IMG/VR virus record: IMGVR_UViG_3300025018_000143
Location: 1 to 64,000 of that record
From: a virus
Length of the DNA stretch: 64,000 nt
Strand: one strand, 5' to 3'
A model generated the notes under the pieces. It did not search any database. It worked only from the letters and a program-made list of their open reading frames with translations, and was not told where the DNA came from. The position numbers and the translations under genes were made by a program. The first letter of the stretch is position 1, and each line of letters starts with the position of its first letter. This document shows positions 1 through 8,990 of this stretch, piece by piece.

Positions 1-81
1 TAGGAGAATTTTCATATATATATATATATAAGTAAGAGACAATGAAACAATGACAGAAACATAATAAAAAGAGAGGATAAT

Positions 82-2550
82 TTGAAAACAGAAGAATATT
101 TTAAGAATAACATAATGGCATTGGATGTATTCAATGCCAAATACGCACATCCAAAACAATCAGGAGAGCTTGAAGATGTAAGCGAAGTATTCCGGCGGGT
201 ATGTGAAATTCTAGGTAAGGATGAACATACCATTATCCGAAATACATGGTATGATGATATGATGGATGGTTGGTATAGACCTGGTGGGTCTATCATATCA
301 GGCGTTGGTAGTCCTGAAGTTGTTTCTCTTGCAAACTGTACCACAATCCCATTGCTTGGCGATTCAATTAAGGACATCATGAAGTGTATGTCCGATACAA
401 TGCATTGTGCAGCAAAGAGACAAGGCCTTGGTGTTGAGATGTCGCCTCTGAGGCCTGCCAAGGCAAAGGTTAATAATGCTGCTATTGAATCAACAGGAAC
501 TGTCCCATGGATGTCCTTCCTCAATTCCATGGGGCAATATGTAGGGCAAAAAGGAAGATTACCTGCTATTCTTCTTTCCTTGAATGTTAGTCATCCTGAC
601 ATTGAGGCCTTTTGTACCTCTAAGTCGGATCTTGATTCAATCAAGAATGCTAATATTTCTGTCCAGATTACCGATGACTTCATGGTTGCTGTTGCAAATG
701 ATGCTGATTGGAACCTAGAATTTGAGACAAGGCATGAAAAGATATCAAAGACAGTGAAGGCAAAGGACCTGTTTACATTGATATCAAAGCAAGCCAGAGA
801 CCATGCTGAACCAGGTGTTCAATTTATTGATGCTGCCCGAGCTGGATCCATTATACATCAAATATATCTTGCAACTGGTGATGAAAGATTTAAGATAGTT
901 AGCACCAACGCTTGCAGCGAGAAGTTTTTAGCTGCGTACGGATGTTGTATGCTAGGGTCGCTTAATATGGGAATGTTCCCTATTAGTGAGAAAGAATATA
1001 AACCACTTCTTCAGGAGAAGGTTTTTAACCTGGTCAGAATGATTGATAATGCCATTACATACGAGATTGAAGAAAAACGTTATGGCGTAATTGAGCAGAA
1101 AGAAATAATGGAGCTGACCAGAGAGATTGGTCTTGGGTTTACTAATCTACATCAATGGTTCATTAATGCCAGTGTTCAGTATGATTCCGATGAAGCTATT
1201 AACATGATTGATACCTTCATGAAATGGTATGCTTATTATGCCTTTGCAGCTTCTCAAGCTTTAGCAATAGAGAAAGGACCAGCTAAAGCATATGAAGAAT
1301 TGAATTTCACCAATCAAGATTTGATGGGAAGTTCATTCTTCAGGAATATTGTCGATGAATTCTATGAAGGAAACCCAAAATTAGTAGGACCTCTAAGAAA
1401 CCTTGCTCTTATGAGTATTGCACCTACTGGATCATTGAGTTTGATCTTTCCTCGAGCCTGCATTTCATCTGGTGCAGAACCTTGCATGCCTGCTCATTGG
1501 CGAAAGACAAGAGCAATGTCCAAAGGCGAGTATGAATGGTATTTTATTCTTCCTGGCTTTATTAAGGATGAATTACTTGAAAATATCAATAACGTTATGG
1601 GCGCAGATGCTACTGAAGACTTAGCCTTCATTATGAATGTAGGCGAAGCTACTCCTGATAATGGCGGAGAATTAGGAATTGAGGTTTTGCGCATCATTGA
1701 AGAATATCTTGGTAAAGGTACCTTCAAACCTGCTCATGATATCGATCCTCTTCAAAAAGTAAAAATGATGTCCAGAATTTATCAATGGGTGGATGCTGCT
1801 GTTAGCACCACTTACAATGTACCTGAAAGAACAACTGCTGAAGAAATAGAAGAAATATACATGGAAGCATGGCTGCAAGGTGTACGAGCAGTATCAGTAT
1901 ACAGAGAAGGCTCCAGAGAAGGCATTCTTGTGTTTGATCCTCCTCAATCAAAGGATGTAAAGAAAACATCATACTGTGAACAAAGGCCTGAGGATATAGT
2001 TTTTACCTGCGCGCCTAAAAGAAAGATGGATATGCCCTGTGAAATACATCATTGCAAAGTTCAAGGCAAATCATGGATCGCCTTGGTTGGTATGCACAAT
2101 AACTATCCTTATGAGGTATTTGCAGGCGAATGTCATGAGGATATGTATGTGCCTCAAACAGTGAAAGATGGCATACTCCGAAAGGCGGGTGCTAAATATT
2201 CTTTGATAGTTCCTATTCGCAGAAGTGAAGTAGAGTATAAAGATGTGGCTAGCGTTTTTATGAATGCTAATTACAGGGCCCTGACCAGGATGATTTCATT
2301 ATCATTACGGCATGGAGTAAGACCTGCATTTATTACTGATCAATTGAAAAAAGCGGATGAAGGCCTCACGGAATTTAGCTCAGTAGTCAGTCGTGTTCTT
2401 AACAAATACATGAACAAACTTGACTATGATTTTCTTAACAAAAAAAGTAAAGAAGGAGAGGCGTGCCAATTTTGCGGCAGTACAGATTGGACTCATGTAG
2501 GTGGATGTCTCATTTGTGCCAATTGCCAAAGAGGTTCTCGCTGTGATTAA
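82..2550 (+). CDS. nrdJ: Class II (adenosylcobalamin-dependent) ribonucleotide reductase with C-terminal TSCPD-like and Zn-ribbon domains
   Basis: RNR motifs PGGSI, SLANC, TNACSE (NPCxE-like), IAPTGSLS, AVSTTYN, YREGSR; C-terminal CQFC...CLICANC..SRCD; no NrdB alongside; TTG start after GAGAGG RBS. Confidence 0.9.
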   Translation: MKTEEYFKNNIMALDVFNAKYAHPKQSGELEDVSEVFRRVCEILGKDEHTIIRNTWYDDMMDGWYRPGGSIISGVGSPEVVSLANCTTIPLLGDSIKDIMKCMSDTMHCAAKRQGLGVEMSPLRPAKAKVNNAAIESTGTVPWMSFLNSMGQYVGQKGRLPAILLSLNVSHPDIEAFCTSKSDLDSIKNANISVQITDDFMVAVANDADWNLEFETRHEKISKTVKAKDLFTLISKQARDHAEPGVQFIDAARAGSIIHQIYLATGDERFKIVSTNACSEKFLAAYGCCMLGSLNMGMFPISEKEYKPLLQEKVFNLVRMIDNAITYEIEEKRYGVIEQKEIMELTREIGLGFTNLHQWFINASVQYDSDEAINMIDTFMKWYAYYAFAASQALAIEKGPAKAYEELNFTNQDLMGSSFFRNIVDEFYEGNPKLVGPLRNLALMSIAPTGSLSLIFPRACISSGAEPCMPAHWRKTRAMSKGEYEWYFILPGFIKDELLENINNVMGADATEDLAFIMNVGEATPDNGGELGIEVLRIIEEYLGKGTFKPAHDIDPLQKVKMMSRIYQWVDAAVSTTYNVPERTTAEEIEEIYMEAWLQGVRAVSVYREGSREGILVFDPPQSKDVKKTSYCEQRPEDIVFTCAPKRKMDMPCEIHHCKVQGKSWIALVGMHNNYPYEVFAGECHEDMYVPQTVKDGILRKAGAKYSLIVPIRRSEVEYKDVASVFMNANYRALTRMISLSLRHGVRPAFITDQLKKADEGLTEFSSVVSRVLNKYMNKLDYDFLNKKSKEGEACQFCGSTDWTHVGGCLICANCQRGSRCD

Positions 2551-2556
2551 AAAACA

Positions 2557-2727
2557 ATGACAAAAGCAAACTTAAGTTGTCCAGATTGTGAAGCAGATTT
2601 TAAGGTTATGTATGATATGGAAGAAAGAATGTACAAGCCAAGATTTTGCGCATTTTGCGGGGAAGAGATAGTTAATGAAGAAGATGATATAAATTTAGAT
2701 TATGAGGATGAGGAGGATGGCGAATAA
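2557..2727 (+). CDS. Small Zn-ribbon protein with acidic tail (56 aa, not in ORF track)
   Basis: Hand translation MTKANLSCPDCEADFKV...PRFCAFCGEEIVNEEDDINLDYEDEEDGE; two CxxC pairs. Confidence 0.75.
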   Translation: MTKANLSCPDCEADFKVMYDMEERMYKPRFCAFCGEEIVNEEDDINLDYEDEEDGE

Positions 2728-2956
2728 TGTAGCTGAGAAAGCAATGACCAAACAATTGAGAGTGGTGGTGATTTTCATGGACGATTCTCAATTAGCCGGG
2801 ACAATTCACATCAATAAAAATATTAGGTTGTCTGATGTTTTGAGGGTCATGACCTCACAATTTATTGCACTTACTGATGTGTCGTATAAGGGTAAGGAAA
2901 TTGATACCTTCATTCTCAATATTTCCCAGATTCGAGGAATTATTCCTATAGAATAA
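2717..2956 (+). CDS. Small hypothetical protein (Sm-like/DUF6812-like)
   Basis: GTIHI...RLSDVL...FIALTDV...FILNISQI pattern; start re-set to the ATG after GAGGAGG. Confidence 0.5.
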   Translation: MANNVAEKAMTKQLRVVVIFMDDSQLAGTIHINKNIRLSDVLRVMTSQFIALTDVSYKGKEIDTFILNISQIRGIIPIE

Positions 2957-2975
2957 AAATAAATTGATTTTACTG

Positions 2976-3041
2976 TTGACAAGTAGCCTCCTTAATGTTA
3001 TAATATCTTATAAAGAATGAGAGATAAACATTAAGGAGGCT
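2976..3041 (+). promoter_or_regulatory. Early sigma70-type promoter cassette with a 15-bp inverted repeat covering the RBS
   Basis: TTGACA(2976)-17 nt-TATAAT(2999); AGCCTCCTTAATGTT 2985-2999 is the reverse complement of AACATTAAGGAGGCT 3027-3041. Confidence 0.85.
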
Positions 3042-3046
3042 TTCCT

Positions 3047-4423
3047 ATGAGTACAGTTAAAATACATAATTTGTCAAATATTCCTTCAGATGTGAAATTA
3101 ATATGGCATACATTAGAAGATGCTGGCTTTAGTTCATATTTAGTTGGAGGAGCTGTCCGCGACATGATTCTTGGACTTGATCCTCATGATTTTGATCTTG
3201 CAACAAGTGCTACTCCTGAAGACATTGAAGAGATTTTCTCGGATCTTGAAGGCTTTAGATTAGATTTCGTTGGTGCATCTTTCGGTGTCATGCTCGTTAA
3301 TGGTATTGAAGTTGCTACTTTTCGTAGCGACAATTATGATGACGAAGGTGATTTTTCAGGTGTTACTTTCCGCAACACAATCAAAGAGGATCTTTCTAGG
3401 CGTAGCATAACAATAAATGCTATGGCTCTTACTTCTTCAGGAATCCTGATTGACCCGTTTGATGGTTCAAATGATCTTGAAAAAGGTATCATTAAATTTG
3501 TTGGTGATCCTCGCAAAAGAATCACTGAAGACCCTGTTAGAATGATAAGGGCTTGTAGATTCATTAGTAAATTGGATTTTCTCCCTGTAACAAGTACATT
3601 GATGGCTTTCTGGGATTGCTGCGAGATGGCAAAAACAATTGCTCCTGAAAGAATTAGAATTGAAATTCTCAAAGCAATGGAAGCAGACAAGCCAAGTATC
3701 TTCTTTGATGCTCTCCGTCTAACGGATTTACTTCCTTTTGTATTTCCTGAATTAGCTGACAGTATAGATCATACTGGAGGAAAGCATCATCCTGAATCAG
3801 TTTGGGAACACAACATGCTTGTTGGTGATTCTCTTCCAAAAAGTGATCCTATTCTTAGGCTCGCAGGATTTCTTCATGACATCGGAAAGCCTGAGGCATG
3901 GAAACAATGTATTGCTGAAAATAGAGGAGGTCAATTTACTAATCATCATTACATTGGTTCAGATATTCTTGAGGTTAGGCTTGCTGAGCTTAAATTTTCC
4001 GATCAAGAAATCAGCAAAATTTGTGGACTAGTTAATTGTCATATGTTCTTTATCAAAGGATTGACTCCTAGGGCACAAAGGAAATTGCTGAAGCGTCTTG
4101 ATGAATTCAACGTCAATTGGCGGGATCTTGTCAGGCTCAGGATTGCTGACCATAATGGTAACATTGGGAAACCTTTTATTACCATTACAGAAATCAAAGA
4201 AATCATCAAAAGTTTTACTCAAGTAGAAAGCTCTCCAAGGGACGTTAAATCGCTTCCAGTCTCTGGAGGGCAAATCATCAATGAATTTCAATTAGTCCCT
4301 GGGCGTATAGTCTCTGATGTACAGAAAGCTCTTTTGTTGTTTGTTATTGAAACCGGGGTCGAGGATGAGGATTGTCTTCTGCTCCAATGTCAAAAAATCT
4401 TAGATGGAGTCCAAAATGGGTAA
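3047..4423 (+). CDS. cca: tRNA nucleotidyltransferase (CCA-adding/poly(A) polymerase family) with HD domain
   Basis: YLVGGAVRD, DFDLAT, EVATFR, DLSRRSITINAMA, EDPVRMIRACRF, ERIRIE, LHDIGKP. Confidence 0.9.
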   Translation: MSTVKIHNLSNIPSDVKLIWHTLEDAGFSSYLVGGAVRDMILGLDPHDFDLATSATPEDIEEIFSDLEGFRLDFVGASFGVMLVNGIEVATFRSDNYDDEGDFSGVTFRNTIKEDLSRRSITINAMALTSSGILIDPFDGSNDLEKGIIKFVGDPRKRITEDPVRMIRACRFISKLDFLPVTSTLMAFWDCCEMAKTIAPERIRIEILKAMEADKPSIFFDALRLTDLLPFVFPELADSIDHTGGKHHPESVWEHNMLVGDSLPKSDPILRLAGFLHDIGKPEAWKQCIAENRGGQFTNHHYIGSDILEVRLAELKFSDQEISKICGLVNCHMFFIKGLTPRAQRKLLKRLDEFNVNWRDLVRLRIADHNGNIGKPFITITEIKEIIKSFTQVESSPRDVKSLPVSGGQIINEFQLVPGRIVSDVQKALLLFVIETGVEDEDCLLLQCQKILDGVQNG

Positions 4424-4586
4424 TCTTAAAGCGGTTCTTTTGGTTGTGCTGTATGCGACTATTACCTTATTCGTCGTGTATGCTGTGTGGTGGGTAGCTA
4501 AGACAGGAAGTTATGTATTCTTCTATGAGGCTATGGTTCAAGAGACCATTAGGGAGATGGTCAAACCAGAGTATCTAATCAAATAA
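4416..4586 (+). CDS. Small membrane protein
   Basis: Single hydrophobic segment; overlaps the cca stop. Confidence 0.6.
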   Translation: MGNLKAVLLVVLYATITLFVVYAVWWVAKTGSYVFFYEAMVQETIREMVKPEYLIK

Positions 4587-4587
4587 A

Positions 4588-4668
4588 ACGAGGGAAGTGT
4601 TGATTTTTTCTATTGACACTTCCCTCGTCCTATGTTATACTCTTTATATAAGATTGATTGAGAGAGAA
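4588..4668 (+). promoter_or_regulatory. Early promoter cassette with an upstream hairpin overlapping the -35
   Basis: TTGACA(4613)-17-TATACT(4636) followed by CTTTATATAAGATTGATTGAGA; ACGAGGGAAGTGT/ACACTTCCCTCGT inverted repeat. Confidence 0.85.
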
Positions 4669-4692
4669 AAATAAATTACTAAGGAGAATATT

Positions 4693-5190
4693 ATGAGTAT
4701 TGAAGCAAAAGAAGAATACAAATTAATTTATTCAAGATTGTATGATTTATGTGAGGAAAATGGCTGGGGCGACCCATTCTCATATGCAAGAAGCAGAGAA
4801 ATCCTTATAGCCAGCTATCTAGGTCATGAAATATCCAACACACTGGCGGGTGATGATGGATATGACGAAGAGGGTGCTTGTGAATATAAATCAACAATTT
4901 GTGAAAATATCCATGGATTATATTCAGGCATGTCAAAGCAATCCACTTGGGAAAAACAGAAAGAATATCTAGTAAATGAAAAAATACTTCCTTATAAAAA
5001 TCATTATTTTATTAGATTTGAAGTAGGGAAAATTAAGGAAGTATGGAAATTATCAGGAGAAGATGTGTATACAATTCTCCTTCCTAAAGTAAAGAAGAAT
5101 TATTTTTCTTCTGGATCAAGAAAAGATCCTAGAGTAAGAGGCGAGATAACAAAAAAGGAAATATATGACTACGGGAAAAGAATTCTTTAG
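4693..5190 (+). CDS. PvuII-like PD-(D/E)XK restriction-type endonuclease
   Basis: GDDGYDEEGACEYKS resembles the PvuII catalytic segment GNDAVD..GQEYELKS; similar length and C-terminus (KDPR...IYDYGKRIL). Confidence 0.6.
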   Translation: MSIEAKEEYKLIYSRLYDLCEENGWGDPFSYARSREILIASYLGHEISNTLAGDDGYDEEGACEYKSTICENIHGLYSGMSKQSTWEKQKEYLVNEKILPYKNHYFIRFEVGKIKEVWKLSGEDVYTILLPKVKKNYFSSGSRKDPRVRGEITKKEIYDYGKRIL

Positions 5191-5737
5191 CAAAACTTTG
5201 TTGTATTCTAAAGGTAATAATGATGAATGTTATACTCCTGCGTACGGTGTATGGCCAATATTAGAATACATACCACTTAATAAAATTGTTTGGTGCCCTT
5301 TTGATAAAAAAGAAAGTGAATTTGTAAAGCAAATATCCAAGACCAATGAAGTGATACATTCGCACATTGAAGATGGAAAGGATTTTTTCCAATATGAACC
5401 AGATAAATGGGATATGATTGTATCAAATCCACCTTTCACCAAAAAAAGAAAATACTTTGAAAGGGCATTATCATTCAACAAGCCTTTTGCTTTGATAATG
5501 ACAAATACATGGCTCAATGACAGTGCGCCTAAGATTCTATTTAAGGATAAAGAGTTGCAACTCTTGCTGTTTATTGATAGGATGGAATTTATACAGAAAA
5601 ACAATAATAATCAACCAAAAATAACATTCAGTTCAAGTTATTTTTGCTGGAACTTTTTACCGCAACAAATAATTATTAAGGATTTCACAAATCCAAACAA
5701 TAAAACTCTGAAAAAATTTCTTGACACATCCTCATAA
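5165..5737 (+). CDS. DNA N6-adenine methyltransferase
   Basis: DECYTP, VWCPFD, GKDFF and SNPPF (motif IV); overlaps the endonuclease gene. Confidence 0.8.
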   Translation: MTTGKEFFSKTLLYSKGNNDECYTPAYGVWPILEYIPLNKIVWCPFDKKESEFVKQISKTNEVIHSHIEDGKDFFQYEPDKWDMIVSNPPFTKKRKYFERALSFNKPFALIMTNTWLNDSAPKILFKDKELQLLLFIDRMEFIQKNNNNQPKITFSSSYFCWNFLPQQIIIKDFTNPNNKTLKKFLDTSS

Positions 5738-5790
5738 TAATGTTATACTCTTTATATAAGATGAATTGAGAAACAAAATTCTGAGGAGAC
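5721..5790 (+). promoter_or_regulatory. Early promoter cassette
   Basis: TTGACA(5721)-17-TATACT(5744)-CTTTATATAAGATGAATTGAGA. Confidence 0.85.
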
Positions 5791-5993
5791 AAATATATAT
5801 ATATGAGTCATATATGAGACATCAAAATTACAGCAATATGAGCATATACGAATTGAAAATGGCATATCAATCTGTCTGTTCGATTGCTCCTCAAAACGAG
5901 CAGGAGAGAGCAGCTAGATACATGGATCTTGAAGTTATTGATGCTGTTCTTGATCAAAAAGTTATTGATGCTCTTCTGGCAAATCGGAGATAA
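5766..5993 (+). CDS. Hypothetical protein (true start probably an internal ATG near 5813)
   Basis: ORF downstream of promoter and GAGGAG RBS. Confidence 0.5.
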   Translation: MRNKILRRQIYIYESYMRHQNYSNMSIYELKMAYQSVCSIAPQNEQERAARYMDLEVIDAVLDQKVIDALLANRR

Positions 5994-5996
5994 TGA

Positions 5997-6266
5997 ATGA
6001 AAGATTATTACGCATTACAAGGATCCAATTTGGTGTTTTCTGACATGGGCAAACCGGTTAAGATTTCAAAAACAAAATATATGGCCCTGAAATTTAACGG
6101 GTATGAGACATTCAGTGTCCCTGCAGGAACCAATTATATCGGCGTTGTAATACAAGCAGTAATCAACCGAGGAGCAGCAATAGGTTCTTGGACAATGGAG
6201 AAGGCTCTGAAAGATTATTGTGGTGTAGAAATTATAATCAAAAAAATTGAAGGAGAAACAAAATGA
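5997..6266 (+). CDS. Hypothetical protein
   Basis: Tightly packed co-oriented ORF. Confidence 0.6.
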   Translation: MKDYYALQGSNLVFSDMGKPVKISKTKYMALKFNGYETFSVPAGTNYIGVVIQAVINRGAAIGSWTMEKALKDYCGVEIIIKKIEGETK

Positions 6267-6730
6267 TTTACGATCCAGAGAAACATGAGGTTCAAATAGA
6301 TTTCCCTGTTAAGTCAGATTTCGCCCGATATTATCTTTATTCTAAAGGCGAGGTTGTTCTTAAAGGTGCAACTGCTGAGGAACTTAGAATTTTTCTTATT
6401 GCTAATACTCCTTATTGTGCTGTAGGTTCAGACATTAATGAAGTCAAGCGATATGTCGATAACAACACTCAATATATTCTTGAGTCTGTTATCGATGAGG
6501 ATGCTTTCAAAGCTCATCGATTCAAATATTACGAGGAAAGTGATAGATTGGCAGGCAAGTACAATGATGATCTTTATAAGGAATACGGGTATGATATTTC
6601 CCGCAATGTGTTTGATATTTGCTTTTCTGAGGCTTGGGCGAGGAGTCATTCATCTGGTTATCATGAAGTGGAAAGTACCCTGGAAGATGTGATTGATTTT
6701 GCTCAAACCATCATAAATGCACCTAAATAA
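6263..6730 (+). CDS. Conserved phage hypothetical protein
   Basis: GGAG RBS, ATGA overlap; C-terminal AWARSHSSGYHEV motif. Confidence 0.7.
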   Translation: MIYDPEKHEVQIDFPVKSDFARYYLYSKGEVVLKGATAEELRIFLIANTPYCAVGSDINEVKRYVDNNTQYILESVIDEDAFKAHRFKYYEESDRLAGKYNDDLYKEYGYDISRNVFDICFSEAWARSHSSGYHEVESTLEDVIDFAQTIINAPK

Positions 6731-6746
6731 TACAGAGGACAAATAA

Positions 6747-7121
6747 ATGAAAAAAGGCGATGTGGTAGTTGTATGGAATTATGACAATCCTGATGATCGT
6801 GAGTTGACTATCTTTCTTAGGAAAGACAGTGAAAAATTTGTTTGTCTTAATACTTTATTTTCATTGAATGAATTTCTGGAGCGTAAGGATGTCCATGAAT
6901 GGGTTTTTGATAATGCTGAGTTGTATGAAAATACATGCACACCAAAAGTAAAGAATCCAGTGGAGATTATGGCACATCTTCTGGATCAGGGATATGAAGT
7001 AGATCACCTTGGCGAATGGTGTACTGAAAGTGATAAAGTTTGTTTTATCCCTGAAATGTGGCAATACTGCGGAAAAGAAAAACCAGATAAATGGAAATGG
7101 GAGCCTGAATGGCTTGAATAG
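6747..7121 (+). CDS. Hypothetical protein
   Basis: GAGG RBS, co-oriented ORF. Confidence 0.65.
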   Translation: MKKGDVVVVWNYDNPDDRELTIFLRKDSEKFVCLNTLFSLNEFLERKDVHEWVFDNAELYENTCTPKVKNPVEIMAHLLDQGYEVDHLGEWCTESDKVCFIPEMWQYCGKEKPDKWKWEPEWLE

Positions 7122-7203
7122 TAAGTTGTGGTGTTATATATAAAGTATAGCACCGCAACATAGATATAACATCTTGAGCGGCTAAATAGGAGCTCAAGAT
7201 AGA

Positions 7204-7734
7204 ATGAAAGAAGAGTACAAAGAAATAAAGTCAGGCGATTTATCCAAAATACGCCAAGAATTATATGACGCCCAAAGTGGCGTCTGCCCTATATTGAAGC
7301 AAAACTTTCCAATTGAAAGTTTTGTCGTCGACCATCAACATAGATTAAATAAAAGCCAGAAGATAGGAGAAGATGGGGCTGGCTTAATCCGAGGAGCAAT
7401 TCAAAGACATGCTAATGCACTGGAAGGAAAAATTGTCAACAACTGGCGAAGGAACGGGATGGATAAGTTTGATATTAGTCTTCCTGATTTTCTTAGAAAT
7501 CTTGCTGATTATCTGGAAAGACCCAACACTGACATTGTCCACCCTACTGAACTACCTGGCCAACCAAAAATAAAAAAATCAAATTACAATAAATTATTAA
7601 AAGTCCTTGATGATAAGGATAAAACTAAAATTCCTGCATGGAAGGAAGATGTCAAGAGTAGACATAGAATGAAAATGACTAAGCCTCTAGAAAAATTATA
7701 CGAAAAATATAATATAACCCCGGAATTCTATTAA
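7204..7734 (+). CDS. gp49: Recombination endonuclease VII-like Holliday junction resolvase
   Basis: Q.GVCPIL, VVDHQH, G.IRG, NALEGKI, FLRNLADYLE, HP motifs of T4 gp49-type proteins. Confidence 0.75.
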   Translation: MKEEYKEIKSGDLSKIRQELYDAQSGVCPILKQNFPIESFVVDHQHRLNKSQKIGEDGAGLIRGAIQRHANALEGKIVNNWRRNGMDKFDISLPDFLRNLADYLERPNTDIVHPTELPGQPKIKKSNYNKLLKVLDDKDKTKIPAWKEDVKSRHRMKMTKPLEKLYEKYNITPEFY

Positions 7735-7735
7735 T

Positions 7736-8116
7736 ATGAAAATTATAATAACGGTATTACTCCTTTTGCTTATTACGAGCATGTCCTACGCGGATAATGC
7801 TTACCAGAATATGAATGACTATATTAATGACCACAATATAGACACGCCAATCCATGCCGCTGTTGGTATTGGCGGCTATCTTGCTGCTGATTATCTTTTA
7901 CCTGAAGAGATACAAGGTAAATGGAGAGTCCTTGCTTCTTGGTCTGTTCCTGTTGTTTTTTCATTAATTGATGAATGCTTTAATAAAAATTTTAATATCA
8001 ATGATGTTGGTGAAGTTGCTAGTTTTGCTGCTGTTGTTCCTATCGTAACATTCACTTTTGAGGAAATCAGTGAATATTTTGAGCCGCTTACAATAAAAAG
8101 ACAAGTTAATGATTAA
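7736..8116 (+). CDS. Exported/membrane hypothetical protein
   Basis: N-terminal signal peptide (SYA-D) and hydrophobic segments. Confidence 0.6.
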   Translation: MKIIITVLLLLLITSMSYADNAYQNMNDYINDHNIDTPIHAAVGIGGYLAADYLLPEEIQGKWRVLASWSVPVVFSLIDECFNKNFNINDVGEVASFAAVVPIVTFTFEEISEYFEPLTIKRQVND

Positions 8117-8121
8117 ATCTA

Positions 8122-8190
8122 TTGACAAGCACTGGGATTAATGTTATAGTATATTATACAGTAATTGAGAGATAAACTTTTAAGGAGAAT
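8122..8190 (+). promoter_or_regulatory. Early promoter cassette
   Basis: TTGACA(8122)-17-TATAGT(8145)...AATTGAGAGA, then AAGGAG RBS. Confidence 0.75.
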
Positions 8191-8193
8191 ATT

Positions 8194-8358
8194 ATGGAAT
8201 TTGTTTTGTGCGGCGCATTTATAGTTTTTATCGTTGGTATTTGCAATAAGAAGAGTATTTGGGGAGCCCTTAAGGATGCTTTTATAGTCTCTATAGTATT
8301 GTTTATTATTTTCGTGTTAATTTCAGCTGGATCGGTTGCTATTTTACTCAATATGTAA
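8194..8358 (+). CDS. Small two-TM membrane protein (not in ORF track)
   Basis: MEFVLCGAFIVFIVGIC...ILLNM after AAGGAG RBS. Confidence 0.65.
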   Translation: MEFVLCGAFIVFIVGICNKKSIWGALKDAFIVSIVLFIIFVLISAGSVAILLNM

Positions 8359-8368
8359 GGGTAAGGAA

Positions 8369-8458
8369 ATGAATGAAATACAGAAATTTATTTTGACAAT
8401 TGTCAAAGGCTTTGTGATTGGGTTAATAATTGGAATTTTCATCCAAATTATATTATAA
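8369..8458 (+). CDS. Small single-TM protein (not in ORF track)
   Basis: MNEIQKFILTIVKGFVIGLIIGIFIQIIL after AAGGA RBS. Confidence 0.5.
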   Translation: MNEIQKFILTIVKGFVIGLIIGIFIQIIL

Positions 8459-8468
8459 AGGATAAATT

Positions 8469-8990
8469 ATGTATTACTTTACTGCGGACGAGCACTATGG
8501 ACATGCCAAAATCCTCAAATATTGTAAACGTCCATTTAATAATGTTGATGAGATGGACGAATATATGCTTGTAGAGCACAACAATATTGTTGGCCATGAT
8601 GATACCACAGTCCATATTGGTGATTTTTCTCTATACAGCCGAAAATATAAGGATGTGTATGAGAAATATATTACCCGCCTTAAAGGGAAACATATCTTCA
8701 TTCCTGGTTCGCATGATCAATGGCTGAAAGGGACTAAGATGAATTCTCATATATGGCAAAAATCAATTGATTACAAACAAATCGTTTGCTGTCATTATTC
8801 AATGAATGTATGGCCTGCATCTCATTATAATTCATGGCATTTGTTTGGTCATTCACATGGTAACTTGGAAGGGAAGGGATTGTCATTTGATGTTGGTGTT
8901 GATTCACATGATTTTAAACCTTGGTCATTTGAGGAAGTAAAGGAGAAAATCAAGAGTATTTCGGAATCACTTAAAGGAGAAACACAATGA
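8469..8990 (+). CDS. Calcineurin-like metallophosphoesterase
   Basis: ADEHYGH, HIGDF, GSHD, HLFGHSH, DVGVD. Confidence 0.9.
   Translation: MYYFTADEHYGHAKILKYCKRPFNNVDEMDEYMLVEHNNIVGHDDTTVHIGDFSLYSRKYKDVYEKYITRLKGKHIFIPGSHDQWLKGTKMNSHIWQKSIDYKQIVCCHYSMNVWPASHYNSWHLFGHSHGNLEGKGLSFDVGVDSHDFKPWSFEEVKEKIKSISESLKGETQ

Noticed and set aside
14-30. (TA)n microsatellite upstream of nrdJ as a phase-variation switch
   Set aside because: At the window edge in very AT-rich DNA; no promoter context or length-variation evidence available
12-530. Antisense and alternate-frame ORFs overlapping long genes (e.g. 12-530, 23302-24399, 32451-33050, 38840-39472)
   Set aside because: Shadow ORFs of well-supported genes on the other strand; no motifs or RBS
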